64,000 nt of DNA from a virus. Shown piece after piece: positions 18,498-28,226 of the stretch (the stretch's first letter is position 1; the number at the start of each line of letters is the position of its first letter). Both the position numbers and the translations under genes were made by a program. The DNA is taken from the IMG/VR virus record IMGVR_UViG_3300045812_000062; one strand, given 5' to 3'. The notes under the pieces were generated by a model, which was not told the DNA's origin, searched no databases, and saw only the letters and a program-made list of their open reading frames with translations.

Positions 18498-19604
18498 ATG
18501 CCCGATATTCACGAAAAAGCTGTTATCCGAGGTTCGGGTTTCAATCCGAATGGCGGTGGATTTGCTGAACTAATTATCAATGGTCGCGTTTATCCTGCTG
18601 ACCAGGTTGTATCAGCAATAAACCATTATGAATTACCAGTGGCTGACACGACTGAATTTCACCGTCTGAAGGCATTTATCTGGAAACGCGACAGCACAGA
18701 AGAATGGGTATTGGAACTTTCAGGTGCTATCAATGATACCTTTTTCATTAATAAGCATACTGAGCCGCTACACGTTGCTCCAGAAGATGTAGCAGGCCTG
18801 CCTTCTTTATATAAGGAAGAACTATCCGTCGATTATTATCAGAATGTGATTGATAAACTCATCAATGCCGCAAAAAGACAAAATGAAATCATGAACAGAA
18901 ATAGTGATTTCTATGATCAGAAGTGGAATCGAATCTTTCTTGAAATCAAAAATCTAATTGAAATCGAAAAGAATTCAGACGCGGCTCTTTTCGAAGAACA
19001 CTCGCAGTTACGGGCAGAGTACGAAAGAGAATTCTATTTTGAAGCATCACGTGATCACGACATTGAACATGACACAGGCTTCGACGGTGAAGACGAAAAT
19101 GCGCTTGCTTTCTTGTTAAATGAAAGCACTACGACTGCTTCATTTCCTAGCCAACAACGATTGGAAACAGAAGTAGATTGTATCCATGATGATCTTCCTG
19201 AGGTCACAGAGCATTCAGAAAAAACCACCACTTCCGTTGCCAATGATGATCTTGAAGCGGATATTATGAACATTCTTCTGAATGCTGATACGGATTTGGC
19301 GGTCAAAACAGAACATTTGAAGGACACCCCTCTAAGTGAATTTTCGGAAACAGAGAATGATAGCCTTAATGACAATGACAACCAGTCTGGTGTGAATGAA
19401 TGTTCGAATTTGTGTCTGACAAATGAAGAAATCCCAATTTATAAGATGCTGCATACTGATGAAAAACAAAGTTGGATTGATTACGTCAGGGCGGAACAGC
19501 TTTCATTTGAAGGAAAATATGGATTAAATCCCGTTAGCATCAACAATTGGCAACCTCGCATTCCTTTTTCCACCTGGCTATCGGACACAGGTATTTTGCA
19601 ATAA
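18498..19604 (+). CDS. hypothetical protein, N-terminal domain paralogous to 19787-20455, acidic C-terminus
   Basis: GGAG RBS; GGF..I.ING..YPA..V motif. Confidence 0.7.
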   Translation: MPDIHEKAVIRGSGFNPNGGGFAELIINGRVYPADQVVSAINHYELPVADTTEFHRLKAFIWKRDSTEEWVLELSGAINDTFFINKHTEPLHVAPEDVAGLPSLYKEELSVDYYQNVIDKLINAAKRQNEIMNRNSDFYDQKWNRIFLEIKNLIEIEKNSDAALFEEHSQLRAEYEREFYFEASRDHDIEHDTGFDGEDENALAFLLNESTTTASFPSQQRLETEVDCIHDDLPEVTEHSEKTTTSVANDDLEADIMNILLNADTDLAVKTEHLKDTPLSEFSETENDSLNDNDNQSGVNECSNLCLTNEEIPIYKMLHTDEKQSWIDYVRAEQLSFEGKYGLNPVSINNWQPRIPFSTWLSDTGILQ

Positions 19605-19786
19605 TAATGCGCCTCAAAATTAAAATTCGACGTTTATCATTAAAAGTTTAATTATTGTGTTTCATTTTGGAACAAATGCTTGCATTTAAATTGGAGAGCC
19701 ATGACACTAAACATCTAACCAAGGTGTTTAGGCGAGGGTAATAGTGCCGTAAGCTACACCTTATATCCAATGGGACGTTGTAGCTC

Positions 19787-20455
19787 ATGCTCAAGCGAAA
19801 ACTTCCTCCTGTAGTCAAGGGAGAAGGGGTCAATCATGAAGTAGGTGGGTTCTCCACGATTGTCATTAACGGCATTCCTTATCCTGCTCACGTTGTCGCG
19901 GACGCTGTTGAGGCGCTACAAAGAGAAAACGACTGCACGGAATCTTATCCACTTCATGCAGTCGTTTTCAAATCTATCGACGAGGAAAACTGGACTCTTA
20001 GAATTAGCGGGACTGTCAATGGACGATCATTCGAAGTTGAACATTATCAACCGCTTACAACGACTATTGAAGATGTTGCTTCACTTAGATCACTTTATGA
20101 CGCGGTGGGTTTTATTGAGCAGCTACATCGCAGGACTGAAATCTCAGAAACGAACTCAACTAATCTAGCTGACACCGATCATTCAGAGATACTGAATCCT
20201 AATCAGACGTACGCTGAATCCGAATTGGACGAGATTGCTATTCGTGACGCTCGGATTGCAGAACTTGAAAAAATCATTGAGAATTTCGAAGATTATCGAG
20301 GCAAAGATTGGCTCGATCTTCATGACCAACTTATAATTTCAGAACAGAAAGCCACCGTGTTTCAAGAAGATATAATTCGCCTTAACTCAAAAGACAGCTT
20401 TAACTGGCTCATTGGTGAAATCCATGAAGACGCTCCACCTCGCACTCAAAGCTGA
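19787..20455 (+). CDS. hypothetical protein, paralog of 18498-19604
   Basis: Shared ~105-aa N-terminal domain. Confidence 0.7.
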   Translation: MLKRKLPPVVKGEGVNHEVGGFSTIVINGIPYPAHVVADAVEALQRENDCTESYPLHAVVFKSIDEENWTLRISGTVNGRSFEVEHYQPLTTTIEDVASLRSLYDAVGFIEQLHRRTEISETNSTNLADTDHSEILNPNQTYAESELDEIAIRDARIAELEKIIENFEDYRGKDWLDLHDQLIISEQKATVFQEDIIRLNSKDSFNWLIGEIHEDAPPRTQS

Positions 20456-20753
20456 ATATTTCGATGCTATTCGATCAGGTGAAAAGCTTGAAGAATTCCG
20501 CCTGATTACGCCATATTGGGAAAAAAGACTTAAAGCATCTGATGGAAGCCAAATACATTTTGATCAGGTTATTCTAACAAAAGGATATCCGAAGGCTGGC
20601 GATCCAGACCGAACTTTATGGCTTCCTTATTTTGGATGGCGTGAAATTACGCTGACGCATAAGCACTTTAGCCCTGATTGTGTTCGCGTTTTTGCCATCA
20701 ATGTTTCTGGCAAGAGAGATTTGCCTGATGACTGGATTGCTCAATATTCATAG
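20424..20753 (+). CDS. ASCH/PUA-like domain protein
   Basis: MKTLHLALKAEYFDAIRSGEKLEEFRLITPYWEKRL. Confidence 0.8.
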   Translation: MKTLHLALKAEYFDAIRSGEKLEEFRLITPYWEKRLKASDGSQIHFDQVILTKGYPKAGDPDRTLWLPYFGWREITLTHKHFSPDCVRVFAINVSGKRDLPDDWIAQYS

Positions 20754-20858
20754 CGTTAAATTTTTGCATTTTTTACAGGCTACCTCTAACATTATAAACA
20801 AAATACCCTATTGCACATCCATCGAATCCGACGTTAAATATTGGTGCTTATTAATTAA

Positions 20859-22331
20859 TTGAGCACATCAGGCAACGATCAGTTTAATACATTTTCTGGA
20901 GAATTTCAGTTGTATCTCAATATGTTTAGATGGCAATTTTACCCAATTGAAATTCCGTGCAATCAAGACGGTGAAGGTCCGTGCGATATTAAAGATGCCC
21001 ATTATCTAAATTATGAGGTTTGGGATCGACACTGTATTTCTCATTCATCCCACAACACGCTCTCAGCAGCTATAGATGCAGCTGTTGATCTAAACCTAAA
21101 AAATGATCCCAATTTTTTGAAGCCGTTCATCAAATACCCCCTGGACCTTATCGAAGGTGCATTTGGGAAGACAATTAGCCCTGTCGTCACTCGGGACGAT
21201 GAGAAGGCTATGTCCATCAAGAATATTGCGTCTGCTTATGCTGCATCTCCTGACAACGTAAAAGCCACGATTTTGGCGCTGACCAAGTACGCGACAATCG
21301 CTAACTCTGTTATGGATGCTGAAACTGCACATGCTGAAATCCAGTTGGCGAATATGCGTATTGAGCGCGACCATTATTCAAGCCTTGTTACGTCAGAAAT
21401 TAACGCAAGTATCGCCCTTAGTCGCGATTTGACCACAGCTAAGAATGAAATAGAGACTCTACGGAAACAACTGGACGCTGTTGTTAAGGAACGCGATGAT
21501 CTCAAGATTGACAAGAATCTTGAAGCCGAACTAACGATGGATTTAGAGGATATATCGATCACTATTGATCCAAGTAAAGATCAGAACGGTGGCTCCGACA
21601 TCAACGACATGTCTCTTGATATTTCACCGATTAGCATGAGGGATGACAATACTAACGCAGGAATTCAACAGCGTGCTGATGAACGCGGAGCTTCTAGAAA
21701 ATACTTCGATGAACTTAGCGAGTCATGCATCAATTTAAAGGATGCGAATAACAAGCTTATAGTTGAGGTTGATAGCTTGCGCCTCCTTGTTGAAAATTCC
21801 AAAAATAAAGGTGAAACGACCGCCTCGGCATCTGACCATCGCTCAATGGATATAGATCTAGACCTTATGGAAAGACAGATTAAGGCAAGCATGCAGGAGG
21901 AGTTTCTCACTGGTGCGCAGCTAGCTATGTCGCCTAAATTGACCAAAGCACGATGCAAATACCTACTATCATTGCTGAACTCGATTATTGTTTCACCAGT
22001 TTCATCGCAGCTTCATTCGGTTCGCGATGAGATCGGATCGATTACAACGGAATACGCTGCGTTCTGCAACTTGGATTTCAATGAAGACTTTGATCAAAAG
22101 CTAGCTCTCCGTAATAGCCAGCTGGCCTCTATTGAAGCTTCAGTCTTTTCACTCAAAACGCTTGTAGACAATTTAGCTGACATTGATGCTTCCAATGCCG
22201 AGTGCCTGACAGATGAATACCTTTCAGATTTTATCGAATTAAATACTCAGTCGTCGGTATCATATGAAGCTGGCGGGTTGCCTGCGCATCTAAGAGAACA
22301 CTGGCATAAAATAAAGGCTTTAGTTGAATAA
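20859..22331 (+). CDS. hypothetical phage-like coiled-coil protein
   Basis: 490-aa ORF; start uncertain. Confidence 0.65.
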   Translation: MSTSGNDQFNTFSGEFQLYLNMFRWQFYPIEIPCNQDGEGPCDIKDAHYLNYEVWDRHCISHSSHNTLSAAIDAAVDLNLKNDPNFLKPFIKYPLDLIEGAFGKTISPVVTRDDEKAMSIKNIASAYAASPDNVKATILALTKYATIANSVMDAETAHAEIQLANMRIERDHYSSLVTSEINASIALSRDLTTAKNEIETLRKQLDAVVKERDDLKIDKNLEAELTMDLEDISITIDPSKDQNGGSDINDMSLDISPISMRDDNTNAGIQQRADERGASRKYFDELSESCINLKDANNKLIVEVDSLRLLVENSKNKGETTASASDHRSMDIDLDLMERQIKASMQEEFLTGAQLAMSPKLTKARCKYLLSLLNSIIVSPVSSQLHSVRDEIGSITTEYAAFCNLDFNEDFDQKLALRNSQLASIEASVFSLKTLVDNLADIDASNAECLTDEYLSDFIELNTQSSVSYEAGGLPAHLREHWHKIKALVE

Positions 22332-22696
22332 CATCCATTTTATCAACACATGGCAGCAATTAAACAAGTGAGGCATTTTATGAGTGTGGAGAACGATTTT
22401 CACAGTGAGTTTGGCACTTGTAGTTCTGCCAAGTTTGCCACTCTAAGTGTTAAACAGCACATTAAACGAATATTTTTATGTGTGGTTATTATAGCGACCT
22501 CAATTGTCTACCTGAGTATGACCTCTGTATTGAATCTATTTTCTAACGGTTCAATACATGAGGTAATTATCGTATTTCACTCCCTCCTTACATTTTTTGT
22601 ATTATTATTGATTTCAGTTTCCATATGCCGTCTGTTTCAGTCATTGAAATCACTAGCTTCTATTCATTTCCAGTCAGATCAAAACCGGAGTTCATA

Positions 22697-24220
22697 ATGA
22701 ATAATTTGGCCGATCTTCGTTTGAAGCCTTGTCCATTTTGCGGCCGCGAAGCTGTCAAAATGCGTGGAAACAAAGAACACGAATGGCAATTCGTGTGCGC
22801 GGATTATTATGATGATGTTCCGGAATGCAGTTCACAACCGATGACGCATATCTACGACATCGTCCATGAAGCGGTAAAAGAATGGAACACGCGCTTTAAT
22901 GATCGTCCTCATGGCAAGCTCGTGGGCTATCTGACGTCAACATCCGAGGACGGTCAAGACAATCGGTTCTGCGCCCTTAAAGATTATGATCAAGATATTC
23001 ACGCGACCGAATTCACTATTCCTGTCTATGCGGACGCGGTTGCGGATTTGTCTCCATATCCTGCCATGCCGATTGCCTATCGTTGGCTTTCGAAACCGGA
23101 TCAGTCAGATGACATCTGGAGTTATACAAATGCGGATAAAGAGCCGTCATTTACTCCAGAGTTCAAGAATGAACACAAGTTTCAGGCGGTGTATGCCGAG
23201 GAATTACGGACGCATTGCAGCGATCTGCTAAAGCGGCTTGCAACATCTGACTGGGCCTACGAAGCACAGCATCTGCAGCTGAAGGCCGCCGAAAACGAGA
23301 TTGCCGACTACAAGAAGCGTATTGCCACCCTTGAAGCCGAGGTTAAGGCCTATAAGGCAACAGGCGTCATCCCTGCTAATCCAGCCAAGGATGATGGTTC
23401 TGTTCCTGTCATCGATTATAAGCTTAAGCCCAAGGATTGCCCATGGTGTTACTCAACGCCTAAGGTGACAGCACCTGATCACGTTAATTACAAAGTGGTT
23501 TGCAGCGCGCAATCTAACGATGAACATTGCATCTGCTCACCTGAGACCGCACCTCATTACTCCAAGGAAGCTGCAATTGCTGACTGGAACCGAACCATTG
23601 ATCAAAAAGTCATCGACGGCTTCACGCGTGGCGAAATCGCGGAAGTCCTAAGACCTTTTGCGTCGTTCGCCGGATGGAACGTTGATGACGATGGTTGGAC
23701 AGACACCAATCAGAGGCAACCGATCACTACCTGGTTTGGTCCTAGCGATTTCCGAGCAATTATGAAACTCGCAATCGCACTTAAGGATTTTAATCCAAAC
23801 ATGGCATATCGCGACTCCGATCTTCTTACTGAGATTGGAATTTTAAAGCGTGAAATAGAAAAACTGGAAAAGAATGACTTGTTTACGCGGGAATGGCACG
23901 CAGTTCGCCTACGTAAAATCGAAGAAATCGCCAAGCGTGAGAATTTATGGGATGAAATTGCAGCAGTAATTGCTAACGGTCAATCCACACGAACGCTACC
24001 AGATGGAACGCATTTCATTGATCCAGACAATTTCGGATTAATGTTGAATTCGGCAAAATTTCGAGCGGACGCAGCCAGCCAAAGGGCGGATCGTTACAAG
24101 ATTGCACTCAAAATCATTAAACGGGTAGCAGGACAGGGATCAACGACGCCATCTTCGATTATTCATCAGGTGATTGATGCTGTTGAATATGAGGAAGCCA
24201 GTTGGGAGCGATTAAGTTAG
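22697..24220 (+). CDS. mosaic phage protein with two Lar-like (restriction alleviation) zinc ribbons
   Basis: LKPCPFCG...VCAD...AVKEWNTR and KPKDCPWC...VVCS...AAIADWNR; GGAG RBS. Confidence 0.7.
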   Translation: MNNLADLRLKPCPFCGREAVKMRGNKEHEWQFVCADYYDDVPECSSQPMTHIYDIVHEAVKEWNTRFNDRPHGKLVGYLTSTSEDGQDNRFCALKDYDQDIHATEFTIPVYADAVADLSPYPAMPIAYRWLSKPDQSDDIWSYTNADKEPSFTPEFKNEHKFQAVYAEELRTHCSDLLKRLATSDWAYEAQHLQLKAAENEIADYKKRIATLEAEVKAYKATGVIPANPAKDDGSVPVIDYKLKPKDCPWCYSTPKVTAPDHVNYKVVCSAQSNDEHCICSPETAPHYSKEAAIADWNRTIDQKVIDGFTRGEIAEVLRPFASFAGWNVDDDGWTDTNQRQPITTWFGPSDFRAIMKLAIALKDFNPNMAYRDSDLLTEIGILKREIEKLEKNDLFTREWHAVRLRKIEEIAKRENLWDEIAAVIANGQSTRTLPDGTHFIDPDNFGLMLNSAKFRADAASQRADRYKIALKIIKRVAGQGSTTPSSIIHQVIDAVEYEEASWERLS

Positions 24221-24305
24221 AACGCATTTATTTACTGCGCCAATTTAAATCATCTGGATTTTAAACTTAATTTGTGTATAAATCTGCCTCGAAAAAGGAA
24301 CAGCA

Positions 24306-24557
24306 ATGAGCACCATTTCACGTAAAACTGGAATTATCAGCGCATTTATTGTTTTTGGGCTAGGGATTTTCCTTGGTGCGAAATGGGGAGGCGTGGAAGA
24401 GGCGCGCGCTCATCGCGACAAGATCAAATCCGAACTCTGGGTTCAAAACCAGATGAACTACATTTTTTCGGGTGTCGATAAATGTCACATCTACGTTGAC
24501 GATAAGAAGCGAAAGGAAGCCGAACATGCAGCAAGCGCAGACACCAAATCAGAATAA
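24306..24557 (+). CDS. small protein with N-terminal TM segment
   Basis: AAGGA RBS; GIISAFIVFGLGIFLGAKW. Confidence 0.55.
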   Translation: MSTISRKTGIISAFIVFGLGIFLGAKWGGVEEARAHRDKIKSELWVQNQMNYIFSGVDKCHIYVDDKKRKEAEHAASADTKSE

Positions 24558-24698
24558 ACCGGAATCGTCAGACCTTATCGGCTTTCAGTCGAAATTTCTG
24601 GACGATCTCGCTGCACCGCTTAGGCCTTATCAACAGGCTTATCTCGATCAATGCACGAAACTTTCCCGTATTCAGCTATCTAACATAAAGATCATTAA

Positions 24699-24920
24699 AT
24701 GATTTACCTCAAGCTTTCTCTGCTAATTATTGTTTCGGCTTTTGCTTCTTTTTTCATTAGAGCAGCGCTTATTCTATATGCGGAAGATTTCGTTTTCCTA
24801 GGAGGAGCGTTCTTCGGCGCATTTGTAGCGTTTTCAGGATATTTTTTGGCTCACTGCCACCTGGAGAAGCAAAAATCCGCAGTGAAAAACGTTATTTATG
24901 AAAGCTTCGACCACGATTAA
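24699..24920 (+). CDS. small two-TM protein
   Basis: Hydrophobic profile; ATGA overlap. Confidence 0.55.
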   Translation: MIYLKLSLLIIVSAFASFFIRAALILYAEDFVFLGGAFFGAFVAFSGYFLAHCHLEKQKSAVKNVIYESFDHD

Positions 24921-24945
24921 GCTTGCTCAACCGGAAGGTAATTTG

Positions 24946-25215
24946 ATGCCCAATAACACAGGAACATGCGACTTCGGCAACTGGTCATGGACCCGCCCCG
25001 AGACTTTCACAGAACGCGCTATTCGCGAACAGGCCGAGAAGGACTATGCGGATGCCTTGTCTGACTTTAATCAGTCTCGTGACCATATCACCTTACCTCG
25101 TAAACCTGAGACGGCTGCAGAGCGTCTGATCCGTGAAGCCGCTCGTAAGGCTTACCAAGATGCGGCAAGGGAAGCAGGCATCTTCTATTTTCATAAGCGA
25201 GGTCTCATTCAATGA
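24946..25215 (+). CDS. small protein with internal helical duplication
   Basis: RPETFTERAIREQAEKDYADA / KPETAAERLIREAARKAYQDA. Confidence 0.6.
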   Translation: MPNNTGTCDFGNWSWTRPETFTERAIREQAEKDYADALSDFNQSRDHITLPRKPETAAERLIREAARKAYQDAAREAGIFYFHKRGLIQ

Positions 25216-25835
25216 CGACTGATCTCGAAAACGAATTGATGGCAGCAAAACGACGAATTGAGGACCTGCAAATTCAGCTCAACCTGGCTGAGGAACTCGT
25301 TGATGTCTATAAGCATCGCGTTGAGCGAGCCTATACCGAGCGTTCGTACGCTACTGCAGCATTAGCTCGAATGGCTTTGCGAGCTGGACTAGAGGCTGGC
25401 ACGGGTCTGGATGACACACCCGGTATGGATGAATTCAGTACCATCCTGTATGTCGACACGCCCGCAGGTCAGGTCAGTTGGCATTACAAAGATGATGACC
25501 TCTGGTTGCTCGATGGACTGCCACGCTATGAGAAACCATGGGACGGCACATCCAGAAGCAAGGACGGCTCTTTCTCTGTATGGGATCAAAAGAGCAATGA
25601 TGATGACGAATTGACCAATAAGGCATTCAAATTCGGCTATACCCTTGCCTGTTGCACTCTGGTTCACATGCATGACCAGCCTGGCATGGCAAAAGATGTC
25701 CTGAAAGATATCGGTCTCACTCGTGCTGATACAAAGGCCATGAACCTTACCGATTTTGACGCCAAGCTCTTGCGCAAGATCGAGCGATCTCCTGGCCACG
25801 GGGAGCTATACATAAAGAAGAAGCGGAAAACCTGA
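25212..25835 (+). CDS. conserved phage-like protein
   Basis: ILYVDTPAGQVSWHY...YEKPWDG motif typical of phage hypotheticals. Confidence 0.65.
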   Translation: MTTDLENELMAAKRRIEDLQIQLNLAEELVDVYKHRVERAYTERSYATAALARMALRAGLEAGTGLDDTPGMDEFSTILYVDTPAGQVSWHYKDDDLWLLDGLPRYEKPWDGTSRSKDGSFSVWDQKSNDDDELTNKAFKFGYTLACCTLVHMHDQPGMAKDVLKDIGLTRADTKAMNLTDFDAKLLRKIERSPGHGELYIKKKRKT

Positions 25836-25993
25836 ATACATTTATATTTCAGATAATGTTTGAGTCATCTATGTGTTCGAAAATTAATGCTAAATATTGT
25901 GGCTAGCCAATATTGTTGTAGGCACAATAAGTCACTACGATAATTTTTGAATGTGCAATTACTCGCGTTTAAAACCTAAAAGGATGGCAAAAG

Positions 25994-26254
25994 ATGAATA
26001 ATAATACTGGAATTCAGCAAATTAGCGAACGGGAACAAATTCTAATTAATGCCCTAAAACAGATCATGAGCGATGGCAATAAAGAACCAGAAAACCTTCA
26101 TGAAGCTCAGGTCGTCCGCTATTCCGCTGGATCAACAAAGATTGCTACTGACGCTCTCAACGAGTACATGAACTATCTTGAATTTCAGATCGCGCAAGCA
26201 AGAGAAAATCTTGGCGTTGAAGCCGACGACAGCCCAAGCTTAAAACTACAGTAG
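25994..26254 (+). CDS. hypothetical protein with acidic/Pro tail
   Basis: AAGGA RBS; ends EADDSPSLKLQ. Confidence 0.55.
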   Translation: MNNNTGIQQISEREQILINALKQIMSDGNKEPENLHEAQVVRYSAGSTKIATDALNEYMNYLEFQIAQARENLGVEADDSPSLKLQ

Positions 26255-26597
26255 GCACTGTTCTCTCCCTATTTTCGTCCTCTCCATACGGGAATTGAAT
26301 CCTGATACTCTATCGATGCATATCCGACTATTGGACGGCCGAAGTTGCCTCCAGCTGTTTTCGTTGAGTCCAACAACGAGGATCTTCAAGCTTCTGATCG
26401 CGGACCAACTGAAAATGGAAACCGCTAGCGCCGAGGAACTTGTGTAGCTTGAATTCAATGTCTTCTACGTCGAAGCCAATGAGTTCTGGGTTGCTATATA
26501 ACAGCAGTCAATTTTAGATAAGTTGTTGAAATTCAGCGCATTATTGAATTCCCCTTCAGAAATCACAATTGTGCTACAAAAAAACTTTGTTCTTAAA

Positions 26598-26669
26598 CAG
26601 CACCAAAACATTGTAATAGCACAACACCAAAACATTGTGATTGCGCAGCACAAAATACTTGAACTCGCT
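26598..26669. repeat. 24-bp tandem repeat, 2 good + 1 degenerate unit
   Basis: cagcaccaaaacattgtaatagca / caacaccaaaacattgtgattgcg / cagcacaaaatacttgaactcgct. Confidence 0.75.
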
Positions 26670-26684
26670 CAAAGTGAACCATCC

Positions 26685-26782
26685 CAATTGTTCAATGTCC
26701 TGTTGTACAATTGAGTTTTCTTGGAATTTATCAGGCAACATGTCCACCCACTACAATTGTGCAACGCCTTGTTGCACAATTG
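26685..26782. repeat. two 29-bp palindromic direct repeats separated by 40 bp
   Basis: caattgttcaatgtcctgttgtacaattg (26685-26713) and caattgtgcaacgccttgttgcacaattg (26754-26782), 24/29 identical. Confidence 0.75.
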
Positions 26783-27020
26783 GGTGTTCTCAAAAATCCA
26801 TTACACAGCATCTACATAAATAGAAATACAAAATGGATGGAAAGATATGGAACTTTTGTGAGCATAGCATTTATGGGCCTTGGAATTTATACGCTTTACA
26901 TATTCGAGATAGATTAAATGAAACTTCAAGAATAAAGCTAGAAATTAAAAACTCCCCCAAATAAAGAATGATTTTTTAAATTCTGCATGGTATAGAAAAT
27001 TATAAATAAGGAGATATTTC

Positions 27021-27410
27021 ATGACTTCTGATGGCTCATTGCAGAAAAAGTTGGATTCAGCACTTGAACGTGCGAGTGCTGCTGAACAAGAAACATTGGA
27101 GCAGGCCCGCCTGAATGGCATGGGATCAGAGCGTGAGGCTCGACTGCTTGGCAAAATCGCAGAACTCGAACGCGCTTTGCTAAAGGCGAACGGTGAGGGC
27201 GGTCTCATCGACTATCTGCAGAACCTCGTTCGCGATGCTTATAATGAAGGTTTCCAAGAAGGAATGAACGAATTCCAGAAAACGCGATCTGGTGGCAAGG
27301 CTTGGCCGGATTCTGATGCCATCAAGAAATTGCAAACGCTGATTGAAAGACGCAAGCGCTTGCTCGGTGAACCCAAGACAGCAAATGAAGCCACACCTCG
27401 CGTCCTATAA
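27021..27410 (+). CDS. hypothetical phage-like protein
   Basis: AAGGAG RBS; 129 aa. Confidence 0.65.
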   Translation: MTSDGSLQKKLDSALERASAAEQETLEQARLNGMGSEREARLLGKIAELERALLKANGEGGLIDYLQNLVRDAYNEGFQEGMNEFQKTRSGGKAWPDSDAIKKLQTLIERRKRLLGEPKTANEATPRVL

Positions 27411-27430
27411 CCATGACTATGTTTTCATCC

Positions 27431-27589
27431 ATGTTTTTTAAGTGGTGTCTGCTTTTTACTGCGATTGTATCGCTGTTTTTTGCTATTGTTGAGAACTCAT
27501 TTTTTGCAATAATTGTATTCTTGCTCGTTGGCCTGCTCTGTGGTGCATGGAAGCCATATTTTGCTTATGGTCGGAAAAAAGCATCATAA
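27431..27589 (+). CDS. small two-TM protein (52 aa, below ORF-track cutoff)
   Basis: Read by hand: MFFKWCLLFTAIVSLFFAIVENSFFAIIVFLLVGLLCGAWKPYFAYGRKKAS. Confidence 0.4.
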   Translation: MFFKWCLLFTAIVSLFFAIVENSFFAIIVFLLVGLLCGAWKPYFAYGRKKAS

Positions 27590-27748
27590 AATACGCTGTT
27601 ATTTTATTTCGGCGAAATTCACAATTGGACTACATGAATTATTCATGCCACGATTTTGTTATCGTTAATTTGGATTGAGAAAAGCTGTCGAATGGTCGAT
27701 GGCTTGCAACCAATGAAAGGCAGCATCGCTGACCGGAAAGAGATAACA

Positions 27749-28021
27749 ATGGGTGCCACAGCAACAGGTGTATGGGTAGCAGTTTCGCTCCTGTGTTCAA
27801 GCAAATCCGCATATGATTGCAATATAGTCACACGCCTTTTTGATAACCAGCAGACATGTGTTACAGCAATTAGCACAATTGAAAAAGATTATGTTCGACA
27901 GGGACTATTTGGAAAACGTCTGGTTGCAGAGCGAATGGTCGTGAAGAAGAACAACATGTGCCTTCCACTTTCCGAAATGCCAGTTATGCCAGACAACGGT
28001 CTGTATGTCGGAGTTAGGTAA
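27749..28021 (+). CDS. small Cys-containing hypothetical protein
   Basis: GAG RBS before MGATATG. Confidence 0.5.
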   Translation: MGATATGVWVAVSLLCSSKSAYDCNIVTRLFDNQQTCVTAISTIEKDYVRQGLFGKRLVAERMVVKKNNMCLPLSEMPVMPDNGLYVGVR

Positions 28022-28226
28022 AACGGCTTCGTATCAGCTGAGATCATACATATGCACTTCAAGAAAATAGGCCGATAACCACGTCTGTCTTCTATATTTG
28101 CACGTCTATTATTTATGTATTTTTGTGGACATTATTATTATTTCTATGGATAATAATGGCAGGCGCATAGGATCAACGCTCATATAATTTTATTGCATCC
28201 GTTTTTTTGAAACCAAGGAAAAATTC

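Noticed and set aside
24526-24702. LRPYQ helicase Q-motif in a short ORF
   Set aside because: Only about 58 aa and no other helicase motif follows.
26523-26823. ORFs with QHQNIVIA, CCAITMFW or NC..CCTI repeats
   Set aside because: They are translations of the DNA repeats in different frames with no RBS or consistent coding frame; treated as non-coding repeats.
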